This document shows positions 22,403 through 30,003 of a stretch of 38,175 bases of DNA, in pieces. Numbering within the stretch: position 1 is the first letter of the stretch; every line of letters begins with the position of its first letter. Both the position numbers and the translations under genes were made by a program. This DNA is from a virus. The stretch is taken from positions 1 to 38,175 of IMG/VR virus record IMGVR_UViG_3300032024_000018; one strand, given 5' to 3'. The notes under the pieces were generated by a model. That model ran no database searches. It was given only the letters and a program-made list of their open reading frames with translations, and was not told the DNA's origin.

Positions 22403-24505
22403 ATGGCAACAACTAAGAAGAAGGCAGCACCAGCTGCCGACCACAAAGCACTTTCTCTAGGGGAAACCAAACTCAAGTCCAGCGGGCTCACGCTCGAGGA
22501 CGCCAAGCTGCTTAGTATGCACTGCTTGGGCCAGCAGCAGACTGCGGCTCAGCACCAAGCATTCAAGCAGCTTTGTAGTTTGCGCATCGATTACTTAGGG
22601 CCTGACGGCAAGTCGATCGGCGACTGGCCAGGTTCCAAACCCTTCTACCGCATCAGGTACCTTGAGACGCCGACGGACTTCGCCAGCATGACTGATAAGA
22701 AGCCGGTCAGGTACGTGCAGGAGCCCAATACCGCACCGGTTGCCTACTACCCAGCCAATCAGGACTGGGCAGCTTTGCTCCAAGACACCGACCAACCGCT
22801 GATTCTGACCGAGGGCGAGCTCAAAGCAGCCAAGGCCTGCAAGGAAGGCTTCCCCACCATCGGGCTGGGTGGCGTGTACAACTGGCGCAGCCACAAGCTG
22901 GGGCTCGACTGGCTCCCTAGTCTGGACCTAGTCAAGTGGGCCAAGCGCAACGTCTACATCTGCTTCGACTCCGACTACAAGACCAACCCCATGGTCTGCG
23001 CCGCTTTAAAGGAACTTGGTGACGAGCTTCATCGCCGTGGTTGCTTTGTCCATCTCGTCTCGTTGCCTCAGCTGCCTGGCCTTGAAAAGGTGGGACTAGA
23101 CGACTTCCTTGTTCACGCCGGACCCTCAGCCGTTTCGATGTTCCGCGGCTTGCTCACTGAAGCCGAGCCGCTGGGCCTGACCGCACCGCTTTGGGGGCTC
23201 AATGAGAAGTACGTCTACGTCCAAGACCCTGGCCTCATCGTCGATCAAGACACTCGGTTCAAGGCCTCGCCATCTGCGTTCAAGGAGCATCTGCAGGCGC
23301 CTCTGAACTACCATGAGCGCAGTCTCAAGCAAGACGGCTCAGTCTCCTTCAAGGCGGTCTCAGCAGCTGCTGCGTGGCTCAAGTGGCCATTGCGCACTGA
23401 GGTCACGAAGATCACGTACAAGCCGGGCGATGGCCGCTTCATTGCTGAGCCGCGCCCCATGTTCAACATCTGGCCTGGCTGGGGTGTCGAGCCGGTTGAG
23501 GACGATGTCACACCGTTCCTTGAACTGGTTGCTCACATCTTCAAGGGCTCCGAGCCTCAGGCCATGGAGTGGTTCCTCAACTGGTGTTCGTATCCGCTTC
23601 AACATCCCGGCACGAAGCTGTTCAGCTCAGCAGTCCTGCACGGCATTCGCCACGGCACGGGCAAGTCGCTGATCGGCTACACTTTGGGCAGGATCTACGG
23701 CCAGAACTTCACTGAGATTAGCCAGATGGACTTGCACAACAGCTTCAACGAGTGGGCTGAGGGCAAGCAGTTTGTCATGGGTGACGACGTGACTGGATCC
23801 AACAAGCGGGCCGATGCCGACTTCTTAAAGAAGCTCATCACGCAGCGAGAACTCAGAGTCAATGGAAAGTACGTGCCGACCTACGTGGTGCCTGACTGCA
23901 TCAACTACTTCTTCACGGCCAACCACCCAGACTCGTTCTTCCTTGAAGACGACGACCGCCGCTTCTTCATCCACGAGGTGCAGGTTGGTCCCATGGAAGA
24001 AGAGTTCTACATGAACTATGACCTGTGGCTGGATACCGGCGGGAGCAAGGCAGTTTTCCACTACCTGCTGAACCGTGACACTGGCGACTTCAACCCAGCA
24101 GCCCCTGCCTTCAAGACAGCAGCCAAGGAGCGCATGATCGCGAACGTGCAGTCTGACCTAGCCGGTTGGGTGCGTCAGCTCTTGGCCACGCCGAACCACG
24201 TCCTCAAGGTGGGGGAGATTGTCGTCGACAAGGACCTATTCACCTCGAAGGAACTGCTGCAGTTCTACGACCCAAGTGGAAAGACTGGCACGACAGCAAA
24301 TGGACTAGGTCGCGAGCTGGCCAGGGCAGGCGTCCGTCAGATATGCGGCGGCAAGCCGATCCGCCTGGCAGATGGTGGGCAAGGCCGCTTGTACGCATTG
24401 AAGAACATCGAGTTCTGGATGACTGAGGCTGCTCCTCAAGCTGCTGTGAAGCATCTCGAAGACTGGTCGAAGAAACAAAGCGGCCAAAAAGCCGCAAAAT
24501 ATTGA
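22403..24505 (+). CDS. Bifunctional DNA primase/helicase (Toprim/DUF3854-like N-terminal part plus D5/P4-type SF3 helicase)
   Basis: Toprim-like ILTEGELKA...YICFDSDY...GLDDFL. Walker A HGIRHGTGKSLIG, Walker B FVMGDDV. FNIWPGWG block typical of D5/VirE-type primase-helicases. Confidence 0.8.
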   Translation: MATTKKKAAPAADHKALSLGETKLKSSGLTLEDAKLLSMHCLGQQQTAAQHQAFKQLCSLRIDYLGPDGKSIGDWPGSKPFYRIRYLETPTDFASMTDKKPVRYVQEPNTAPVAYYPANQDWAALLQDTDQPLILTEGELKAAKACKEGFPTIGLGGVYNWRSHKLGLDWLPSLDLVKWAKRNVYICFDSDYKTNPMVCAALKELGDELHRRGCFVHLVSLPQLPGLEKVGLDDFLVHAGPSAVSMFRGLLTEAEPLGLTAPLWGLNEKYVYVQDPGLIVDQDTRFKASPSAFKEHLQAPLNYHERSLKQDGSVSFKAVSAAAAWLKWPLRTEVTKITYKPGDGRFIAEPRPMFNIWPGWGVEPVEDDVTPFLELVAHIFKGSEPQAMEWFLNWCSYPLQHPGTKLFSSAVLHGIRHGTGKSLIGYTLGRIYGQNFTEISQMDLHNSFNEWAEGKQFVMGDDVTGSNKRADADFLKKLITQRELRVNGKYVPTYVVPDCINYFFTANHPDSFFLEDDDRRFFIHEVQVGPMEEEFYMNYDLWLDTGGSKAVFHYLLNRDTGDFNPAAPAFKTAAKERMIANVQSDLAGWVRQLLATPNHVLKVGEIVVDKDLFTSKELLQFYDPSGKTGTTANGLGRELARAGVRQICGGKPIRLADGGQGRLYALKNIEFWMTEAAPQAAVKHLEDWSKKQSGQKAAKY

Positions 24506-24514
24506 AACCACATG

Positions 24515-24543
24515 TTTACAACTGCGATGGCGCAGACTAAAAT
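24515..24543 (+). promoter_or_regulatory. Sigma70-type promoter P2
   Basis: TTTACA at 24515-24520, 17-nt spacer, TAAAAT at 24538-24543. TTGAAA lies 6 nt upstream of TGTTTACA. Confidence 0.75.
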
Positions 24544-24600
24544 AGCAACTGCTGAGGGAATTGTCCCAACGCGTTATCCAACCACTTGAAGGAGTGAATC

Positions 24601-24807
24601 ATGAATGCAAAAGAGATCAAGGCCGCTTTGGCCGACGAAGGCATGCAAGCTGCTGTTGAGAAGCAAGTTGCTGCTGCTGTGAAGGCCGAAACCAAGCGCG
24701 TCCTGGCTGTGGTCAAGGAAGCCGAGCTGCCTGAAGACAAGGCTGCTGCCAAGGCAACCAAGGCCGTGCTCAAGTCCATCGTGGACGGCATCAAGGAAGC
24801 TGCGTAA
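24601..24807 (+). CDS. Small Ala/Lys/Glu-rich helical protein (68 aa), unknown function
   Basis: AAGGAG RBS. Its own promoter (P2) and terminator bracket it. Confidence 0.6.
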   Translation: MNAKEIKAALADEGMQAAVEKQVAAAVKAETKRVLAVVKEAELPEDKAAAKATKAVLKSIVDGIKEAA

Positions 24808-24826
24808 GCAGTTTATCCAAGTGGAT

Positions 24827-24851
24827 AGGAGACTGCGGTCTCCTTTATTTT
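24827..24851 (+). terminator. Rho-independent terminator
   Basis: aggagac-tgcg-gtctcct followed by ttatttt. Confidence 0.8.
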
Positions 24852-24878
24852 CATCCAAATGTAAGTGAGGAGTTTCAC

Positions 24879-25259
24879 ATGACAGACAAAGACATCGAGC
24901 AGGAGATGCAGGACAAGGGCCTGACTGCTCCGCGCATCACACCAGACGACATCGAAGCCAACATTGTTGCTGAGCATTACTTCACAGCTGCTGATGGTCG
25001 CAATGGCGCACTTGCAGCTGAGACCTACGTCGGCCGTGAAAAGCCTGAAGCTGGTGACGTTGATTTGGTGCCACTCAAGCTGCTGACCTTCTGTGTCTTG
25101 GTGCTAAGCAATGGCTTCACAGTGACAGGCGAATCTGCTTGTGCCAGCCCTGAGAACTTCAATGCTGAGATTGGCAACAAGATTGCGCGCACCAACGCAG
25201 TCAACAAGGTGTGGCCTCTCATGGGCTACGCACTTCGCAACAAACTGGCGGGAGTCTAA
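24879..25259 (+). CDS. Gp49-like family protein (N4 gp49/gp66-type), unknown function
   Basis: LTFCVLVLSNGFTVTGESACASPENFNAEIG...A...W.LMGYAL matches my memory of the Phage_gp49_66 signature. GAGGAG RBS. Confidence 0.55.
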   Translation: MTDKDIEQEMQDKGLTAPRITPDDIEANIVAEHYFTAADGRNGALAAETYVGREKPEAGDVDLVPLKLLTFCVLVLSNGFTVTGESACASPENFNAEIGNKIARTNAVNKVWPLMGYALRNKLAGV

Positions 25260-25261
25260 TC

Positions 25262-25477
25262 ATGCGTTGTTATCTCGTTCAAGGCGGTGGCCGCAAGCGC
25301 TACGCCAGCACAAATGCCGATGCGACGGCCACCCGCAACACCATCGTCGAAGAGACGGGCGCCAAGAAGAAGGACGTCACCATTGAGCAGACCGACATCC
25401 CAGTCGCCAAGGCTGACCTGCTCGAGTTCATCAACACCTTGTGCGCCGAGACCGACGCAAAGGACGCTGAAGAATGA
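25262..25477 (+). CDS. Hypothetical protein (71 aa)
   Basis: ATG at 25262 follows GGGAGT. ATGA coupling to thyX. Confidence 0.5.
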   Translation: MRCYLVQGGGRKRYASTNADATATRNTIVEETGAKKKDVTIEQTDIPVAKADLLEFINTLCAETDAKDAEE

Positions 25478-26139
25478 GCCAAGTCCGTCTGATCGCATTC
25501 ACCCAGCCGATTGAGCTGGAAGGTGTTCAGACGGGCGAGGAGCTGGTGGCCTACTGCGCACGGGTCTCGAACCCTGCCAACCAGGCCAACCATGAAACAG
25601 CTCCTCGTCTGCTTAGCTACCTTGTCCGCAACCAACACTGGTCACCCTTCGAAATGGCTCATGCTGTCATTGAGATACAAACAACTCGCGACATCGCCCG
25701 GCAGATTTTGCGCCATCGGTCCTTCAGCTTTCAAGAGTTCAGTCAACGCTACGCCGAGGTTGTGGCCGATCCTGTTTTGCGCGAAGCACGTCTGCAAGAT
25801 ACCACAAACCGCCAGAATAGTCTTGACTTTGGCGAAGAGAACTTTGCGCTTGTTGACTGGTGGGAACGGCAACAGTCATTGGTTGCAACTGCTGCGCTCA
25901 ATGTCTACAACGAAGCCCTGCTTCAAGGCATCGCCAAGGAAGTTGCTCGTGCTGTTCTGCCTGAAGGCCTGACGCCATCGCATCTGTACATGTCAGGCTC
26001 TATTCGTAGTTGGATCCACTACATCCAATTGCGGACTGGCAACGGCACACAGAAGGAGCACCGTAAGATTGCCGCCATGTGCAAACTGGCCTTGCTCCAC
26101 GTCATGCCGTCACTCACGGAGATGCTCGATGCGTCGTAG
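25474..26139 (+). CDS. thyX: FAD-dependent thymidylate synthase ThyX
   Basis: Exact ThyX motif RHRSFSFQEFSQRY (RHRxxSxxxxSxR). 221 aa. Confidence 0.9.
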   Translation: MSQVRLIAFTQPIELEGVQTGEELVAYCARVSNPANQANHETAPRLLSYLVRNQHWSPFEMAHAVIEIQTTRDIARQILRHRSFSFQEFSQRYAEVVADPVLREARLQDTTNRQNSLDFGEENFALVDWWERQQSLVATAALNVYNEALLQGIAKEVARAVLPEGLTPSHLYMSGSIRSWIHYIQLRTGNGTQKEHRKIAAMCKLALLHVMPSLTEMLDAS

Positions 26140-26290
26140 TCGTTACCTCTACACCTGGATTGACTGGACCAAGGAGATTCTGGGCTGGGGTCTTGGTCTG
26201 GTCATTGGGTTTATCTTGCTGCCAGTCCTGGGCGTCATCCTGAAGCTCCTCTGGGTCTTCTTCATGATCGGCTGGGACTTAATCAAATGA
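26129..26290 (+). CDS. Small membrane protein (53 aa)
   Basis: Hydrophobic GWGLGLVIGFILLPVLGVILKLLWVFFMIGW. The start overlaps the thyX 3' end. Confidence 0.45.
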   Translation: MRRSRYLYTWIDWTKEILGWGLGLVIGFILLPVLGVILKLLWVFFMIGWDLIK

Positions 26291-26565
26291 GCAAAGCTTT
26301 CGCGACTCTGGGCCTTCCTGATACCGCGACGCCTGACGAGGTCAAGGCGAAATGGCAGGAGCTCTGCATGATCCATCACCCAGACCGCGGAGGCAACTCT
26401 GTGGAGTTCAACACAATCAGGAAGGCCTACAAGGCTGCCATGGAAGAAGCCAGTGAGCCAAAGCCATGTAGCACTTGCAAAGGTTCTGGCAAGGTCACTC
26501 AAACAGCTGGTTGGTCTTCGATTGAGATGCCATGCCAAGTGTGTGGAGGTTCAGGTCATGCCTAA
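26287..26565 (+). CDS. J-domain protein with a DnaJ-type zinc finger (mini-DnaJ co-chaperone)
   Basis: The HPD tripeptide sits in a KWQELCMIHHPDRGG context. Two CxxCxGxG repeats (CSTCKGSG, CQVCGGSG). Confidence 0.8.
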   Translation: MSKAFATLGLPDTATPDEVKAKWQELCMIHHPDRGGNSVEFNTIRKAYKAAMEEASEPKPCSTCKGSGKVTQTAGWSSIEMPCQVCGGSGHA

Positions 26566-27034
26566 GAAGCCCAAGACTGTTCAAGTCGGCAGCCGTGAAT
26601 ACTTCGATGCATTGCTGGCCTTCTACACGAACCGGTCAACAGCCATCACTCGTGGTCGAGGCAACCTGAGTCGCGAGGACCTCGAGTACGTGGCTGAAGC
26701 TGCCTCCAAGTTGAAGGACAAGCGCCTGCAGGAATGCATCGCTGAACTAATCGGCTGGGGTGACGACGAACGGTCTGAGCTTGAGACGCTTCTAGCCATC
26801 GGCTTTGAGGCCATGAAGCTGTGCAGCCCAAGTCGTTTGCGTGAAGCGGCGATGCGGGTCAGTTTGAAATACTACATGAAGAAGGAATTTAGCCATGCCC
26901 AAGAATCAATCGACTACTCAACTGGTGGCGTATCTGGTACCCAAGCAGCTTCCGGTCATTCTGGCGAGGGTGCTCCGGTATCAACCGCCTCCGTGTCTGG
27001 CAGTGTTCAAGGACAAGGTCACTCAACAGATTGA
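26558..27034 (+). CDS. Hypothetical protein (158 aa)
   Basis: ATG at 26558 follows GGAGG. The start overlaps the J-protein stop. Confidence 0.5.
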   Translation: MPKKPKTVQVGSREYFDALLAFYTNRSTAITRGRGNLSREDLEYVAEAASKLKDKRLQECIAELIGWGDDERSELETLLAIGFEAMKLCSPSRLREAAMRVSLKYYMKKEFSHAQESIDYSTGGVSGTQAASGHSGEGAPVSTASVSGSVQGQGHSTD

Positions 27035-27052
27035 CATCGTCGACGTGCCGCT

Positions 27053-27160
27053 ATGACCTGCAACCAGAACTGCCGGCAAGGTCGCGACTGCAACTGCGGT
27101 GGCATTCATGTCATACCGGTCAATGACCTGCGTGAACATGTGGCCAACGGCAGTTGCTGA
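27053..27160 (+). CDS. Possible 35-aa Cys-rich micro-protein (MTCNQNCRQGRDCNCGG...)
   Basis: Open frame ATG at 27053 to TGA at 27160 in an otherwise unassigned gap. Seven Cys in 35 aa (five in the first 15). No clear RBS. Confidence 0.3.
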   Translation: MTCNQNCRQGRDCNCGGIHVIPVNDLREHVANGSC

Positions 27161-27258
27161 TGCAAACCAGCGCCAGACCCAGAAGAACTGTTTGTGATGA
27201 TCCACCACTCCATGGATCTTCGTGAGCAATTTGAAACCAGTGGAGGAAGGTTACCATC

Positions 27259-28128
27259 ATGAAACCTATGCTTGCATCACCGGCAGGTCCGGCCATCCCA
27301 TTCCCAATGCTGCTCAGCCCCAAGCTGGACGGCATTCGTTGCTTGATTATCGATGGCGTGGCTGTTGGCCGCAGCCTAAAGCCGATCCCCAACAAGTACG
27401 TGCGGCTGCTGTTTGGTCACCATGAATTCAATGGCCTCGATGGCGAACTGATCGTTGAGTCGCCCATTGCCAAGGAGGTGTTCCAAGTAACAACCTCTGG
27501 CGTCATGAGCATCGAGGGACAACCCAAGGTGAAGTTCTATGTGTTCGATGACTTCAGCCACGACGCTGGGTTTGCCAAGCGTCTAGACATGGCCTTCAAG
27601 CGGACTCGGCGGCACACCCACTTTGTCCAGGTGCAGCATGACAAGGTCAATCGCGAGGATGCAATCCTGACCTGGGAGGAGAACTACCTTGCTGCCGGCT
27701 ATGAAGGTGTCATGCTACGCCACCCAGATGGTCCGTACAAGCATGGCCGCTCAACTGCCAAGGAAGCATGGCTGCTGAAGGTCAAGCGCTTTGTCGACGC
27801 AGAGGCTAAGGTCATCGGGTTCAGCGAGGCTCAGCACAACGCCAATGAAGCCAAGCGCAATGAACTGGGCCAGCTCGAGCGGTCAAGCCACAAGGCAGGC
27901 AAGGTTGGCAAGCAGACACTCGGAGCCCTCATGGTCAAGGACCTAAAGACCGGAGTCGAGTTTGACATCGGCACCGGGTTCACAGAAGACCAACGCAAAT
28001 TGCTTTGGGCCATGGGTGACGGTCTGCTCGGCAAGGTGGTGAAGTACAAGAGCCAACCGACTGGTGTGAAGGACAAGCCACGGTTCCCCGTGTTCCTTGG
28101 GTTCCGCGACAAGGTGGATATGTCATGA
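27259..28128 (+). CDS. ATP-dependent DNA ligase
   Basis: Motif I SPKLDGIR, motif III LDGELIV, motif IV YEGVMLR, motif V WLLKVK. GGAGGA RBS. Confidence 0.9.
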   Translation: MKPMLASPAGPAIPFPMLLSPKLDGIRCLIIDGVAVGRSLKPIPNKYVRLLFGHHEFNGLDGELIVESPIAKEVFQVTTSGVMSIEGQPKVKFYVFDDFSHDAGFAKRLDMAFKRTRRHTHFVQVQHDKVNREDAILTWEENYLAAGYEGVMLRHPDGPYKHGRSTAKEAWLLKVKRFVDAEAKVIGFSEAQHNANEAKRNELGQLERSSHKAGKVGKQTLGALMVKDLKTGVEFDIGTGFTEDQRKLLWAMGDGLLGKVVKYKSQPTGVKDKPRFPVFLGFRDKVDMS

Positions 28129-28322
28129 CAGACACCGAACGACTTGACGCCATTGGCAAACACGGTCTTTGCATCTCACGCCACGACGTGTTAGGTCCAA
28201 ATGGTTGGGACGAGCGTTGGGTTTGCCACTACGAGGACCGCATGTCAGTGGCCACAACAATTCGTGAAGCTCTTGATGCAGCTGTCCTTGACATCACAAC
28301 AGGTGGTCAACTTCCAAATTAA
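28125..28322 (+). CDS. Hypothetical protein (65 aa)
   Basis: ATGA coupling to the ligase gene. The TERLD...W...REALDAA pattern is seen in many small phage proteins. Confidence 0.5.
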   Translation: MTDTERLDAIGKHGLCISRHDVLGPNGWDERWVCHYEDRMSVATTIREALDAAVLDITTGGQLPN

Positions 28323-28337
28323 ATTTGAAATTACCTG

Positions 28338-28366
28338 TTTATACCGCTCTCGTTTCACTCTAGAAT
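28338..28366 (+). promoter_or_regulatory. Sigma70-type promoter P3
   Basis: TTTATA at 28338-28343, 17-nt spacer, TAGAAT at 28361-28366. Upstream TTGAAA. Followed by CTAATCACGGTCAA, identical to the sequence after P4. Confidence 0.7.
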
Positions 28367-28417
28367 CTAATCACGGTCAAACAACGGCCGCAACCAAACT
28401 TGCTGAGGAGTTATCAA

Positions 28418-28813
28418 ATGGCAACAGAAGTTAAGTACAAATTTCCCAAGGCGCTTGGCGCCTGCGCGGATAAACTGTTCGAGCTGCGCAACAAGCGCTT
28501 GGCCGAGCAAAAGAAGGTCGACGAGATAGCGGCTGAAGAGACTGCACTCAAGAACCATATCATCGAGAACCTGCCGAAGTCCGAAGCGTCTGGCGTGGCT
28601 GGCAAGCTGGCTCGTGTCACTGTCGTGACTAAGCAGATTCCTCAGGTCAAGGACTGGGATGCCTTCTACAAGTACGTGAAGAAGACCGGCAGCTTCGACC
28701 TCATGCAGAAGCGCCTCACTGACGCGGCCATCAAAGAGCGTTGGGAAGCAGGCAAGGAAGTTCCAGGCGTCGAGCACTTCAATGCTGTTTCGGTGTCCAT
28801 CAACAAGGTTTAA
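28418..28813 (+). CDS. Hypothetical protein (131 aa), first gene of the replication operon
   Basis: ATG at 28418 follows GAGGAG. No motif recognised. Confidence 0.5.
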   Translation: MATEVKYKFPKALGACADKLFELRNKRLAEQKKVDEIAAEETALKNHIIENLPKSEASGVAGKLARVTVVTKQIPQVKDWDAFYKYVKKTGSFDLMQKRLTDAAIKERWEAGKEVPGVEHFNAVSVSINKV

Positions 28814-28896
28814 CAAATCAGGATCTTGGGGCGCGGCTCAAGGTTCTGATCTTTCAACTCCGCGCACTCGTTACTAACTACTAAGGAACCATCATC

Positions 28897-29721
28897 ATGG
28901 CAACTAAGAAAACACAATCGACCGCCCTCGTCCGTTGGGATGAAGAACTCGCCAAGCAAGCTGAAGTCGCTGCCGGCATGGAAGCCAACACTGGAGGCGG
29001 ACAATTCTTCAGCGCCAAAGGTGGCATCCTGTCCTGGCAAGATGCTCCGCTGCCTGGCAACCAGATGGCAGTCGTCATCTTGGACAGCATCTTTGAGACC
29101 ACCTACTACGAGGGCAAGTACGATCCTGACACTCCTCAGACGCCGACTGCTTTTGCATTCGGCCGTGATGAGAAAACCATGACTTGGCATGAGAACTCGG
29201 ACCCTGAGTTTGCTGGCCAGTTGTGCAGCGAAAGCGAAGTCTGTGAGTGGGGTTCTGCAGATACAGGACGCGGCAAAGCTGCTCGTGAGACTCGCCGTCT
29301 GGCGATGATCCCTGCAGGCAACTTCGACCAAGCTGGCAAGTTCGTGATGTTTGAAGATGAAGACCACTTCGCTTCAACGGCCATCGGCTTCATGAAGCTG
29401 CCGGTCACATCGGTCAAGGGCTACGCCTCGTTTGTCAAGCAGGTGGCTGGTGCTTTGCGCCGTCCTCCGTTTGGCATCGTGACCAAGGTCAAGGTTGTGC
29501 CAGACCCGAAGACCCAGTTCAAGGTCGTCTTTGAGCCGATCATGAACATCCCTGACGAGTTCATGGGTGCCATCATGCAACGCCATGAAGAAGCCAAGTC
29601 GACCATCGACTTCCCGTACCAACCTGCCGAAGAAGTCGCACCGATTCCAAAGCGTGGCAGCCGTGCAGCAGCAAAGCCAGCTGCTAAACCTGTGGCCAAG
29701 CGCGGCGCCCGCAAGTACTGA
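28897..29721 (+). CDS. Hypothetical 274-aa protein with a basic AKPAAKP tail (possible ssDNA-binding protein by position only)
   Basis: AAGGAA RBS. It lies upstream of the polymerase in a module that otherwise lacks an SSB. C-terminus is KRGSRAAAKPAAKPVAKRGARKY. Confidence 0.3.
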   Translation: MATKKTQSTALVRWDEELAKQAEVAAGMEANTGGGQFFSAKGGILSWQDAPLPGNQMAVVILDSIFETTYYEGKYDPDTPQTPTAFAFGRDEKTMTWHENSDPEFAGQLCSESEVCEWGSADTGRGKAARETRRLAMIPAGNFDQAGKFVMFEDEDHFASTAIGFMKLPVTSVKGYASFVKQVAGALRRPPFGIVTKVKVVPDPKTQFKVVFEPIMNIPDEFMGAIMQRHEEAKSTIDFPYQPAEEVAPIPKRGSRAAAKPAAKPVAKRGARKY

Positions 29722-29741
29722 TCCTTTGCAGGAGCCTTTGC

Positions 29742-29781
29742 CCCGACGTGCTGAACTAACCCTTGGCCGTCGGGCCTTTTT
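29742..29781 (+). terminator. Possible terminator/attenuator
   Basis: cccgacg ... cgtcggg (7-bp stem, 19-nt loop) followed by ccttttt. Confidence 0.35.
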
Positions 29782-29799
29782 GACTCAGGAGCAACAATT

Positions 29800-30003
29800 A
29801 TGAAGAAACTAGTGACGAACCCAGCGCTCCAGTCTTGGCTGGCTCTGAATGACGTCCTGCGCGAAGCTGATGAGCCTGCGTGCCAAGCCCTCCTGAAGGA
29901 GGAGCTCAAAGGCCGCAAGCGCAAGCAGTTCATCAAGCGCATCCACAGCCGACTGAACAAGGTCCGCGCTGATCGTGAACGCATGGAGCTGGGCGCATCA
30001 TGA
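29800..30003 (+). CDS. Hypothetical protein (67 aa)
   Basis: AGGAG RBS. ATGA coupling to the polymerase gene. Confidence 0.5.
   Translation: MKKLVTNPALQSWLALNDVLREADEPACQALLKEELKGRKRKQFIKRIHSRLNKVRADRERMELGAS

Noticed and set aside
22218-22412. 64-aa minus-strand ORF in the P1 leader
   Set aside because: It overlaps promoter P1 and the structured leader. No RBS. It would be transcribed against the early promoter. The sequence is better explained as 5' UTR structure.
27031-27056. TTGACA ... TATGAC as a fifth promoter
   Set aside because: The spacer is only 14 nt and the -10 is poor. It lacks the TGTTTAYA/N17 architecture shared by the other four.
27023-27229. 68-aa minus-strand ORF between the 158-aa gene and the ligase
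   Set aside because: It is an isolated reverse-strand ORF inside a plus-strand operon, with no RBS and Trp/His-rich odd composition.
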